NCBI GenBank assembly: GCA_041618235.1
Contig: JBFJNI010000003.1
Coordinates: forward strand, 7,253 to 71,252
Length of the DNA: 64,000 nt
Direction of reading: 5' to 3'
Origin: Acidimicrobiales bacterium
Lineage (GTDB): Bacteria > Actinomycetota > Acidimicrobiia > Acidimicrobiales > Salinilacustritrichaceae
Shown piece after piece: positions 9,948 to 18,988 of this stretch (positions within the stretch are counted from its first letter, which is position 1; every line of letters begins with the position of its first letter). The position numbers and the translations under genes are program-made. The notes below the pieces were generated by a model. The model did no database searches and was not told the origin of the DNA. It was given only the letters and a program-made list of their open reading frames with translations.

Positions 9948-10565
9948 TCAGGCGCCGGGCTCGACCGGCCGGCTGGCGACCCGTTGCCACTGGCGGATTC
10001 GCCAGTTGCCGTCCTCGAGGAGGAACACGACCTCGAAGGTGTCGTCGGTGACCCGGGTGACCGGTCCGGCCGGACCGTGGATGACCCGCCCGAGACGGAC
10101 CGGGTCGGCGCGGAGCCCGACGATCGCACCGTCGTCGCTGTAGAAGCCGATCTGGAGCTCGTGGCGCCCGAGCACCAGTTCCACCGGCTCGCTTCCCGCA
10201 GATGCGAATGCCTCCGCCTGTTCGAGGGCCGGGCCGGCGAACCACGTGGACAGCAACGACGGGTCGCCGGTGGCCGACCGCTGGAGCGCCTGCCACGAGC
10301 GGGTCCACGCCGCCTCGAGTGCGCGGCGGGTGGCGGGCTCGACCTCTCGCTCCTGCAGCGGAGCATCGGGCTGCCAGACGACCACGTCCCGCAGCGCGGG
10401 TACCCCGTCGGGGACCTCGGTGAGGGCGTCGGCCGGGTCGGCGCCCTCGGTGGTGCGCTCCTGGATCCGAGCCAGGGAAGCGATGACGACCAGCGCCACC
10501 AGCGCCACGAGCGCAAGCGCCATCGGGCCGATGATGCGCTTCAGTCGGTTGCGGTCGACGTTCAT
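9948..10565 (-). CDS. Membrane-anchored extracellular hypothetical protein (NTF2-like fold suspected)
   Basis: Manual start at ATG 10565 (ATGA overlap), one N-terminal TM helix, ends FLLEDGNWRIRQW. It is the C-terminal part of track ORF 9948..11462. Confidence 0.75.
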   Translation of the reverse strand: MNVDRNRLKRIIGPMALALVALVALVVIASLARIQERTTEGADPADALTEVPDGVPALRDVVVWQPDAPLQEREVEPATRRALEAAWTRSWQALQRSATGDPSLLSTWFAGPALEQAEAFASAGSEPVELVLGRHELQIGFYSDDGAIVGLRADPVRLGRVIHGPAGPVTRVTDDTFEVVFLLEDGNWRIRQWQRVASRPVEPGA

Positions 10566-11779
10566 CGGATCGACCGCTCGACGCCGAGCACGACGACCCT
10601 CGCACGCGGGCTCGGGGCGCTGGTCGACTCGAGTCGGGCGCGCCCGTCCACGGCGAGGGCCCGCAGCGGGGGAAGACCTGGTCGGACCACGACGATCTCC
10701 GTGCCGTCGGGGATCCAGCCCCCGTCGACCATCCGGACCGGCCCGACGTCGACGGCCCAGCGGTCTCCCTGTTCGGAGACCGCCGTCGGGATGCCGTCGA
10801 CCGCCGCGCCGTAGTCGAGCGTGAGCGGCGGGGAGTCGACGCCCGAGCTCGAGGCGACCACACGGAGCGTGCCGGGCACATCCGGTGCCTCGATCCGGGC
10901 CTCGGCACGGCCGTCGATCGTGGGCGCGGTCAGCAGCCGGCGCCCGGTCGGCTCGTCGACCCGGAACATCACGACGGTCCCGTCGGTGACGATGTTGTCG
11001 TGGCGGTCCCTGATCTGCCCGGTCGAGACGCGATGCAGGCGGCGCCCGTCGGCTCGGAACGGCGCCCCGTCCGAGAGGTCGACCTCCACGTCGATCGCGG
11101 TGGGACGACCAGCGACCTCGTCGAGATCGGCGACCGGCCCACCGATCGTTCCGAGCGACACCGTGATCGTGGCTCGCCCGGCGACGGTCCCCGAGAACAC
11201 GCGGCGCCACACCACGAGACCGGTGGTCTCGACGATGCCCCCGGCCTCCCGGTTCCCCGGCTGGCGCGCGGCGAGCACGGCGTCGCTGCGAGTGGGGACC
11301 GGGTTCCCGTAGCGATCGGAGATCACCGCGACCACCATGGCGTGGTCCTCGCCGTCGGCCACGATCGACTTCGGCCCCACGAGCGGGACGATCGGCTCCA
11401 CCGGGGCGCCCGCGTCGATCCGGACATCGACGAACGCTTGGTCGCGCCCGGCGATCACCCACACCTCCACCACGCCGGCCGATCGCGTGATCGACGCGTC
11501 GACTTGGAGGGAGCCTTCGCCGTCGCGGAGGTCGACGTGCCTCGAGACGCTCCCTGCGCTGGCGGTGAAGACCAGCTGGGCCGAGTCGACCGACGGGTTC
11601 GCTCCGGACACGGAGACCGGCATCGGTGCGCCGGCGTCGAGGCGTCGGGGTGCCTCGATCTCGAGTCGCCCCGTCGCCGCCGGGATCTCGGACGGATCAT
11701 CGTGCCTGAGGATCACCACGGCGGCGACGATCAGTGCGATGGCGGTCCACGCAGCGGCGATGCGCATCCTCGTGCTCAC
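10562..11779 (-). CDS. Membrane-anchored Ig-like (Big_1/invasin-like) domain protein
   Basis: N-terminal TM helix, beta-rich sequence, SIVADG...ISDRYGNPV and IRDRHDNIVTDGTVV patterns. Confidence 0.7.
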   Translation of the reverse strand: MSTRMRIAAAWTAIALIVAAVVILRHDDPSEIPAATGRLEIEAPRRLDAGAPMPVSVSGANPSVDSAQLVFTASAGSVSRHVDLRDGEGSLQVDASITRSAGVVEVWVIAGRDQAFVDVRIDAGAPVEPIVPLVGPKSIVADGEDHAMVVAVISDRYGNPVPTRSDAVLAARQPGNREAGGIVETTGLVVWRRVFSGTVAGRATITVSLGTIGGPVADLDEVAGRPTAIDVEVDLSDGAPFRADGRRLHRVSTGQIRDRHDNIVTDGTVVMFRVDEPTGRRLLTAPTIDGRAEARIEAPDVPGTLRVVASSSGVDSPPLTLDYGAAVDGIPTAVSEQGDRWAVDVGPVRMVDGGWIPDGTEIVVVRPGLPPLRALAVDGRARLESTSAPSPRARVVVLGVERSIR

Positions 11780-13035
11780 GACGCCGCCCTCGAGAAGCCG
11801 GTGACCATCACGTCGACTCCCATGATCTCGGGGTCGGTGACGGTGAGGAACACCGAGGGGGTCGGGAGCGCGTCAGCGAGATCGGTGAGGCCGTTGTCGT
11901 AGACCACGCCCGGCAGGTCCACGGGTTCGATGCCCGCCATCGTCGCCAGCGGCACCCGGATCTCGATGCTGCGCTGCGGGCGCACGGCGTCCGGAAGGTA
12001 GGCGTGGTCGACCCAGAGGAGCCGCCCGTCCTCGTCGCGGTAGGTCAGCAGCACGTGCGGCACGGTCACCTCCGAGGTGCCGTCGTTGCGCAGCGTGCCG
12101 ACCAGGAACGATCCCTCGGGGTCGTCGACGATCCGAGCGTCCTGCACCTCGAACGGACGATTCAGCTCGCGGGCCGTGACGACCGCCTTCGTGTACACCG
12201 CGAACCCTGCGACCCGTTCGTCGTCGATCACCAGGGCCGTGGTGGCTTCTGGTGCGAACTCGCCCGCGGTCGGGTCACGGACGTCGAGGGCGCCGGCGAT
12301 GCCCTCGAACTCGATGCGGAACGGTGCGCGCTCCTTCGGCAGCAGCTTGTGCACGGTGATCTGGGCGGCGTCGTACTGGGCGAGCACCTCGCCGTCGCGG
12401 TCGAGGATCTGCCCCGTCACCGTGACATCCGCGGGATCGACGTCGGTGTTGATCACCTCGCCCACGAGCACCCAGCGACCATCCACACGCAGGAGTCTGG
12501 CGTCGACGGTCGTGGTCTCCGGACGGTCGAGGATGTCCGCGTAGGCGGTGGTCCCCACGGTGACGCGCCGGCGGCCCTGGGAGAGGAAGTCGATGGTCGT
12601 GCGGCGCACGAACTGGTCGGGCGGCACCGTGACGTCGGTGGGTGTCGCAACGAGGTGCCAGCGGCCGTCCCGACGGACCAGATCGTGATCCGTCGTCGCC
12701 TCGTAGCGCTGGAGCGAGGTCACGTAGCTCACCTCTGCCCGGACCGTGGCCCTGTCGGCGACCTGGGTGAGCAGCGTCGTGTCGATGCGTTCGAGCTTGC
12801 CGTACGACGCCACGAGTCCGTCGGCCACCGAACGTTCGAGCAGGAACTGGTCGAGATCGGGGCGATGCTGGGGATCGAGGCGGCCGTGCGCGGCGGCGAG
12901 TCGGGAGAAGTCGATGTCGTCGTAGTACGACTCGACGACCGCTTCCGGCGACGACGCCCGGCGGCCCGACGACAGGGCGACGACGGCGAGGCCGGCGACG
13001 AGCACCGTCGTCACGATCGCCGTGGCACGGCGCAC
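11776..13035 (-). CDS. Extracellular module (TM + NTF2-like + two FxLYD-like Ig domains); probably the C-terminal part of the upstream gene
   Basis: LVGEVINT...VTVTGQILDRDG and LVGTLRNDG...LLTYRDEDG. Same frame as 13096..15033, separated only by one TAG. Confidence 0.65.
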   Translation of the reverse strand: MRRATAIVTTVLVAGLAVVALSSGRRASSPEAVVESYYDDIDFSRLAAAHGRLDPQHRPDLDQFLLERSVADGLVASYGKLERIDTTLLTQVADRATVRAEVSYVTSLQRYEATTDHDLVRRDGRWHLVATPTDVTVPPDQFVRRTTIDFLSQGRRRVTVGTTAYADILDRPETTTVDARLLRVDGRWVLVGEVINTDVDPADVTVTGQILDRDGEVLAQYDAAQITVHKLLPKERAPFRIEFEGIAGALDVRDPTAGEFAPEATTALVIDDERVAGFAVYTKAVVTARELNRPFEVQDARIVDDPEGSFLVGTLRNDGTSEVTVPHVLLTYRDEDGRLLWVDHAYLPDAVRPQRSIEIRVPLATMAGIEPVDLPGVVYDNGLTDLADALPTPSVFLTVTDPEIMGVDVMVTGFSRAAS

Positions 13036-13095
13036 CCGGCGGTGTGGCGTCCGCTCGAGGCGTTCGAGCAGTGCATCGCCACGGAGCTGCCACCG

Positions 13096-15033
13096 CTACC
13101 ATCGAGGGGCGATGCGGTCGCCGTCGACCGTGGACGCGATGGCTGCGAGCCGGCCGTCGACGTCGGCCCACCGACGAGCCGGCCAGCTCTGCCCGATCGT
13201 CGAACGCAGGCCCGCTGCCGCGGCCCGGAGGCGTCGGGGCGGCCGGAGCCGGTTCGTGATGCTCGCGAGGAGCGCCAGCAGGGCCGAGACCACGGCCGTC
13301 ATCGGCACCGTGCCCCAGAGGGCGCGCTGCCATGTGGGGATCTCCCGCGAGGGCAGCTCGGCCGGCAGCGGCGCGATGTCTTCGCGTTCCCACACCTGGA
13401 TCCCGTTGGCGAGCACCTCGAGTCGGTGCCAGCCCGAGAAGGCGAGCAACGGGTCGTAGAACTGGTCGTTCGAGAAGACGAACTTGAGGTGGTACTTGCC
13501 GGGGACGGCGAGGAACTGCTGCAGCGAACCGATGCCGGGGACACCACGGAACTTGGCGCCCTCGAGTCGTTCCACGGGCGTCGAGGTCAGCTCGGGAAGT
13601 CGTCGAGCCGAGTGGTAGTTGCCGTCGACCGTCGTGGCGTCGGTGTTGGCCGACAGCCACGCCATCTGGTCGCCGAAGCCGAGTGCCAGGTACCGCCAGC
13701 GGTCGTGCTGGTCCTTCTCCATGAACTGCGCGATGGGCTCGGGATCGATGGGGTCGGGCTGGAAGCGTCGGAGCGCCGGCAGGTCGGCAGCGAAGACGGC
13801 CATGCCGACGAATGCGAGCGCCAACCCGACCTGGATGACGGGGAGGGCCGCGCGACCGAGCTGGGTGCGCACGGCAGTGGCGACCCGTCCCACGTGGAGG
13901 CTGTCGAGGAACCAACCAGCCATGGGCAGGACCGCGATCGTCGCCCAGAAGGTGAAGCGGTCGAGGGTGAGGATGTCGAACGCGCCCCCGAGGAGGAGGC
14001 GGGGGATCGGTGTCGTCCCGCCGGTGCCGAGGAGAGTGAGCAGCAGCACCGATGCCATCAGCGGCCACGCTCGGTTCGTGAGGCCCCGGACCACCGCGAA
14101 CGGGAGCAGGAGCAGGAGTGCGCCCCACGGCACCGCCCAGAACACGAGCCCGGCATTGGTGTCGGAGAGGAAGTCGGCCCGGCTGGCGTGCGGGATGGGG
14201 ATCTGCGTAATCGGGTCGCTGCTGCTCCACAGCCAGTACGGCAACACGACGAACAGGAGCGTGACGACGACCAGGCAGCCGTACACGCCGGCGCGGACCG
14301 TTGCCGGCAGGATCCGACGGACCCGCCGGACGATCAGTGGCTTGGCATTGCGCCGCGTGACACGGGTGGGATGGAGGTCGGTCTCGTCGGGCAGGGGCGT
14401 GCGCAGACGGTCGAGCAGCGCCGTGGCGACGACGGGGCCCAGGAAGAAGACCGATCCGAAGAGGGTCGTGACATGGTGCCCGGCCGTGGTCGCAGCGGTG
14501 CACAGCACCGCCAGGAGGAGGGCCCGGCCGTGTCCCCAACGGACCCACCGGAACGCGAACGGCATGGCGTTGAGCAGGAAGCCGAGCGAGAAGGTGGTGG
14601 GCAGCTGCCCGAACGTGTGGACCGCCTCGGCGATGGACGAGCTCACCGCCGCCAGCAGGGCGGCCCAGGCGGCGGCCTCCGGGCGGACCCAGATCCGTGC
14701 GAAGCGGTACACCCCCACCACCAGCAGGAGGACCGCTGCCAGCTGCACGGTGACGAAGGCCCACTCCAGGCCGACCAACCGGGACGCGAGGGCCATCGCT
14801 TGGTGGGTTCCGGGCGGGTAGCTCGTGGTGGTGAACCCGGTGTACCAGCGGGGTTCCCACGTGTTGAACCAGCCGCGGGCGTAGTGGTCGGCGAAGAAGA
14901 TGTGGACGTAGGCGTCGTAGGTGCGTCGGAAGCTGCCCGAGACCAGGAGTCCGCCGTGGAACAGCGTCGCCACCGCGAGCACGGCGAGGAGGCGCCGGTC
15001 GTGGTGCGCTCGCGGCGTTCGGGTCGACTCCAT
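13096..15033 (-). CDS. GT-C-like polytopic membrane protein (lipid-linked sugar transferase candidate), ending at an in-frame amber codon
   Basis: First loop RRTYDAYVHIFFADHY...WEPRWYTGF...YPP after TM1, more than 10 TM segments, then a soluble loop (RYLALGFGDQMAWLS, DGNYHSARRLPEL). Confidence 0.7.
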   Translation of the reverse strand: MESTRTPRAHHDRRLLAVLAVATLFHGGLLVSGSFRRTYDAYVHIFFADHYARGWFNTWEPRWYTGFTTTSYPPGTHQAMALASRLVGLEWAFVTVQLAAVLLLVVGVYRFARIWVRPEAAAWAALLAAVSSSIAEAVHTFGQLPTTFSLGFLLNAMPFAFRWVRWGHGRALLLAVLCTAATTAGHHVTTLFGSVFFLGPVVATALLDRLRTPLPDETDLHPTRVTRRNAKPLIVRRVRRILPATVRAGVYGCLVVVTLLFVVLPYWLWSSSDPITQIPIPHASRADFLSDTNAGLVFWAVPWGALLLLLPFAVVRGLTNRAWPLMASVLLLTLLGTGGTTPIPRLLLGGAFDILTLDRFTFWATIAVLPMAGWFLDSLHVGRVATAVRTQLGRAALPVIQVGLALAFVGMAVFAADLPALRRFQPDPIDPEPIAQFMEKDQHDRWRYLALGFGDQMAWLSANTDATTVDGNYHSARRLPELTSTPVERLEGAKFRGVPGIGSLQQFLAVPGKYHLKFVFSNDQFYDPLLAFSGWHRLEVLANGIQVWEREDIAPLPAELPSREIPTWQRALWGTVPMTAVVSALLALLASITNRLRPPRRLRAAAAGLRSTIGQSWPARRWADVDGRLAAIASTVDGDRIAPRW

Positions 15034-15079
15034 GGCCCGAACCGTACGAGTTGGCCGTCAACGGCGAGCCCCGCTTCGT

Positions 15080-15163
15080 TCAAGATCCGCTCAAGGCCGC
15101 GGTCGAGGCGGTCCGGCTCCACTCGCTTGACCCGTTCTTGATGTCTGCAACGTCAACGCTTGA
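15080..15163. promoter_or_regulatory. Divergent promoter region with oppositely oriented 11-bp-phased repeats
   Basis: TCAAG at 15080 and 15091; CTTGA at 15126, 15137 and 15159. Confidence 0.55.
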
Positions 15164-17472
15164 CGCGGGCGACGTACCCTCGGCTCGTGCTCTCGCCCGA
15201 CGACCTCGACTTCCGCGCCGTCGCCCTCCAGGCGCCGGTCGCATGGTCGGTGATCGGCCTCGACGGGTCCCAGATCGTGGGCAACGAGGTCTACGCCGCC
15301 CTGTTCGGCTACGACGTAGACGAGATGTCGGCGTTGCGGGTGTTCGACCTCACGCACCCCGACGACATCGACCTGACCGGCGACTACCTCCAGCAGCTGG
15401 TCGCCGGCGAGATCGAGCGGCACGAGGTCGACAAGCGCTACGTCCGCAAGGACGGCTCGGTCTTCACGGGCCACCTCGTCGCATCGCTCATGCGCGACGA
15501 TGCCGGTGAACCGGTCGCGTTGGTGGGTGTCATCACCGACGTCACGGCGGAGCGGGAGCTCGCCACTCAGGTGGCGCAGAGCGAGGAGCGCTTGTCGAAG
15601 ATGTTGACCAACATCTCCGACACCGTCACCCTCCTCGGGCCCGACGGTGCCATCCGCGCCACCACGGGGTTCCACACCGAGATCCTCGGCTATCCCCAGG
15701 AGTTCTGGGCGGGGACATCGATCTTCGAGCTGGTGCACCCCGACGAGACGGACGAGGCCGCACAGCTGGCGGCCGAGGTCCTCGCGCACCCCGGCGCCGA
15801 GTTGATGGGGGAGTTCCGAGTTCGGCATCGACTCGGGCACTACGAGGACATCGAGCTCGCGGCGGTGAACCTGCTCGAGGACGCCTCCGTGGGCGCGATC
15901 ATCCTCACCACCCGGAACGTGTCGGCTCGAAAGGCGCAGGAGCGTGAGCTGGTGCGGGTGCGTGACCGGGCACTGAAGCTCGCCGAGCAGCGAGCGTCCT
16001 TCGTCGCCAACGTGTCGCACGAGCTGCGCACGCCGCTCCACGCGGTCCTGGGTCTGGCCGAACTCTTGGAGCAGAGCGACCTCACACCGGAGCAGCAGTC
16101 ATTCGTCGCCGGCATCACGGGCGAGGCGACGCGGTTGCGGGAGACGGTCGACGATCTGCTCGACCATGCCCGGGTCGAAGCCGACGGTCTCACTCTCGAG
16201 CCGCAGGATGTCGACGTCCGAAAGCTCATCGAGGTCGTGGTCCGACGCAACGCCGCCGCCGAGCACGCCGCGGGCCTCGCGGTCGAGGCCGTCGTCGATG
16301 CCGGGGTCCCGGAGCGGGCACGACTCGATCCGCATCGCTTCGACCAGGTGCTGACGAACGTCGTGGGGAACGCCGTCAAGTTCACCGCGGAGGGCTCGGT
16401 CGTCGTGCGCGTCGCCGAGGAGGCCGGCGCCCTCGTGGTCCACGTCGAGGACACTGGTCCCGGCATCCCGGCGGCTCTGCATCACCAGGTGTTCGAACCT
16501 TTCATCCAGGTGCCGGGGCAGGCAACGTCGGTGAGCGGCAGTGGACTCGGCCTTGCGCTCGTGCGTGGGCTCGTCGCACTGATGGGTGGCGAGGTCGACT
16601 TCGACGCACGTTCGGGTGGCGGCACCGTGTTCCGCCTCCGCATCCCGTTCGAGGCGGCGGGCGACGACGTCGTCGCCGATCGCCCGACCGGGCCCGAGGC
16701 ACCGGCGAGCACCGGGATCTCGGTGCTCGTCGTCGAGGACAACGAGACCAACCAGATGCTGGTGCGCCAGCAGCTCGCCCGCCTCGGTCATCACTGCGAC
16801 GTCTCGTCCGACGCATCCGATGCGCTCGCCCGCCTCGCGCCCCCCGATCACGGGTATGACCTGGTTCTCATGGACTGGCAGCTGCCCGACATCGACGGCC
16901 TCGAGGCCACACGCCGGCTCCGCGTACTCGAGGGCGCGCGACCGCGAGTACCGGTCATCGCCGTCACGGCCAGTGCCATGCCCGAGGACCGTGTCGCCTC
17001 ACGAGAAGCGGGCATGGACGACTTCCTGCCCAAGCCAGTGGCACTGGCCGACCTCTCGGCGATGATCGACCGTTGGGCGCCGGCGAGGAAGCCGACGGCC
17101 GCTGACACCGGCGCCGTGCCTCACGTCGACCTGTCGAAGCTCGAAGGCCTGGTCGACGATCTCGGCGACCGGGACATCGTCGTCTCGCTCGTGACCAGCT
17201 ACCTCTCCGAGCTCGACGCCCGGGAACGGCTGCTCGAGGACGCAGAGCGCGACGCCGACCTCGAGGTGATGCACCGCGTCGGGCACACGTTGCGTTCCAC
17301 GAGCCAGATGCTCGGAGCCGACGCGCTGGTCGGCGTCTGCCGGGAGATGGAGGCGGCGACGGACGACACCGACCTGACAGCGCTCATGGCGAAGTTCGAG
17401 GGCGCGGCAGCCGAGTCCCGATCGGGGCTCGCCGCCTGGCTCACCGATCACGAACAGGGAGATGTGGCGTGA
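15160..17472 (+). CDS. Cytoplasmic hybrid histidine kinase PAS-PAS-HisKA-HATPase-REC-Hpt
   Basis: THPDD/VHPDE PAS motifs, VSHELRTPL, NAVKFT, DTGPGI, GSGLGL, VEDN...LMD...KP and HTLRSTS. Start uncertain (TTG 15160 or GTG 15187). Confidence 0.92.
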   Translation: MTRATYPRLVLSPDDLDFRAVALQAPVAWSVIGLDGSQIVGNEVYAALFGYDVDEMSALRVFDLTHPDDIDLTGDYLQQLVAGEIERHEVDKRYVRKDGSVFTGHLVASLMRDDAGEPVALVGVITDVTAERELATQVAQSEERLSKMLTNISDTVTLLGPDGAIRATTGFHTEILGYPQEFWAGTSIFELVHPDETDEAAQLAAEVLAHPGAELMGEFRVRHRLGHYEDIELAAVNLLEDASVGAIILTTRNVSARKAQERELVRVRDRALKLAEQRASFVANVSHELRTPLHAVLGLAELLEQSDLTPEQQSFVAGITGEATRLRETVDDLLDHARVEADGLTLEPQDVDVRKLIEVVVRRNAAAEHAAGLAVEAVVDAGVPERARLDPHRFDQVLTNVVGNAVKFTAEGSVVVRVAEEAGALVVHVEDTGPGIPAALHHQVFEPFIQVPGQATSVSGSGLGLALVRGLVALMGGEVDFDARSGGGTVFRLRIPFEAAGDDVVADRPTGPEAPASTGISVLVVEDNETNQMLVRQQLARLGHHCDVSSDASDALARLAPPDHGYDLVLMDWQLPDIDGLEATRRLRVLEGARPRVPVIAVTASAMPEDRVASREAGMDDFLPKPVALADLSAMIDRWAPARKPTAADTGAVPHVDLSKLEGLVDDLGDRDIVVSLVTSYLSELDARERLLEDAERDADLEVMHRVGHTLRSTSQMLGADALVGVCREMEAATDDTDLTALMAKFEGAAAESRSGLAAWLTDHEQGDVA

Positions 17473-18011
17473 AGGGAGTGATCTTCAACGTGGTCGAGGA
17501 GGTGGTGACCGAGCAGTACGGCGCCGACACCTGGGATGCCCTGCTCGACGCTGCCGGCGTCGAGGGGGCGTACACCTCGCTCGGGAACTACGACGACGCC
17601 CAGCTCGTGGCGCTCGTCGAGGCGGCCGCGTCTGCCCTGTCGACTTCGGCGGCGGATGTGCTCCGCATCGTGGGGCGCGCCGGTTTCGCCAAGCTCTCCG
17701 GCAGGTACCCGCACTTCGTGGCGGCGCACACGACCAGCCGCACCGTCTTCCACGAGCTCAATTCGGTGATCCACCCACAGGTGCTGTCCTTGTACCCGGG
17801 GGCGTCGGTGCCGCACTTCGCGGTCGAGGGCGACGGCGCCCAGCTCGTCCTGCACTACACGTCGGACCGCGGGCTGTGCCACCTGGCCGAGGGGCTCGCC
17901 GAAGGACTGGCGGCCTCGTTCGACGAGAACATCGCCATCCATCAATCCAGCTGCCGCCACCGAGGCGACGAGACCTGTCAGATCGTCGTGGACTACCTCG
18001 ACCGTGGCTGA
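17469..18011 (+). CDS. hnoX: Heme nitric oxide/oxygen-binding (H-NOX) protein
   Basis: MKGVIF start, YTSLGNYDD, proximal His in IHPQV, conserved Pro in VPHF, and YxSxR motif (YTSDR). Confidence 0.93.
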   Translation: MKGVIFNVVEEVVTEQYGADTWDALLDAAGVEGAYTSLGNYDDAQLVALVEAAASALSTSAADVLRIVGRAGFAKLSGRYPHFVAAHTTSRTVFHELNSVIHPQVLSLYPGASVPHFAVEGDGAQLVLHYTSDRGLCHLAEGLAEGLAASFDENIAIHQSSCRHRGDETCQIVVDYLDRG

Positions 18012-18855
18012 CGCCGACGGCTACCGGCGGCGCTACGAGCGGGAGCGCAACGCCCGGAGGCAAGCCGAGCAGATCGCCGAGTCGGCCATCGCCGACCTCG
18101 TGGCCGCCAACGCGGCGCTCGATGAGCGCGTCTCCCAGCGCACCGCCGAGCTGCAGGCGGCCCTCGGCCGGCTCGAAGCCGCCGACGTCCTCAAGTCGAC
18201 CTTCGTGCGCGGTCTCGCGCACGAGATGTCCACGCCCCTGCACGCCATCCAGGGGTTGGTCGAACTCATCGACGAACGCAGTACCAACGCCGAGGTCCGC
18301 TCGTCTGCCAAGCACGCTGCTCAGGCTGCGACCCGGCTCAACCACGCGCTGCGCACACTCCTCGAGTTCGCCGCGCTCACCTCGGGCGACGTCGACACCA
18401 CCCGCTCGTCGCTCTGTCTGGGCGACTACGTCGACCGGGTGGTCGAGCGGTGGCGGCTTCCGGCCGCGCGCGGAGGCTTGCTGCTGGTGAGCGAGGTCCG
18501 CCCCGACCCCTCGGTACTCGTCGACGTCGACGCCGCGCGCCTCGACCAGATCGTCGACGCCCTGGTCGACAACGCGATCCGGTTCGGGCGCACGCCGATC
18601 GGGCTCCGCTTCGAGCGGATCGACGGCCATCGGCCGCGCCTGCAGATCGAGGTGAGCGACGCCGGCCCAGGCATCCCCGATGCGATGCGTGACCGGATCT
18701 TCGGGGCCTTCGAGCGCGGCGAGGACTCGACCGAGGGATTCGGCGTCGGTCTGACCTTGGCCAGGGCGATCGCCGAGCTGCTCGGCGGCGGGATCGAACT
18801 CCGCTCGGGCGACAGTCAGGGTGCCACCTTCGCCGTCGACATCCCGCTCAGCTGA
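18004..18855 (+). CDS. H-NOX-associated soluble histidine kinase (HnoK-like)
   Basis: N-terminal coiled coil YERERNARRQAEQ, AHEMSTPL, DNAIRF, DAGPGI and GFGVGL. 8-nt overlap with H-NOX. Confidence 0.9.
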   Translation: MADADGYRRRYERERNARRQAEQIAESAIADLVAANAALDERVSQRTAELQAALGRLEAADVLKSTFVRGLAHEMSTPLHAIQGLVELIDERSTNAEVRSSAKHAAQAATRLNHALRTLLEFAALTSGDVDTTRSSLCLGDYVDRVVERWRLPAARGGLLLVSEVRPDPSVLVDVDAARLDQIVDALVDNAIRFGRTPIGLRFERIDGHRPRLQIEVSDAGPGIPDAMRDRIFGAFERGEDSTEGFGVGLTLARAIAELLGGGIELRSGDSQGATFAVDIPLS

Positions 18856-18891
18856 GGCCCGCTCACCCGGTCTTCGCGCGTGATCCCGGGT

Positions 18892-18907
18892 CTTGACGAA
18901 GGCTTGA
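18892..18907 (+). promoter_or_regulatory. Putative direct-repeat operator CTTGA-N6-CTTGA upstream of REC-EAL
   Basis: CTTGA at 18892 and 18903. Confidence 0.5.
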
Positions 18908-18988
18908 TGTGGAATCGGTTGGTCCCTGATCCGGTGGGCAGAAGATGCATGCATGGCCGCACACCCCACCCCCGAACGATCCTCGAGC

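Noticed and set aside
13096-13098. Pyrrolysine recoding of the in-frame TAG
   Set aside because: No pyl genes or tRNA are in the window and the protein class does not fit. A point mutation or sequencing error is simpler.
11734-15141. Very long + strand ORF (1135 aa), and similar giants at 46758..51014 (+), 40665..43280 (-) and 12275..15061 (-)
   Set aside because: These are antisense or alternate-frame shadows of motif-bearing genes. Stop codons are rare at this GC content, and the translations have no recognisable motifs.
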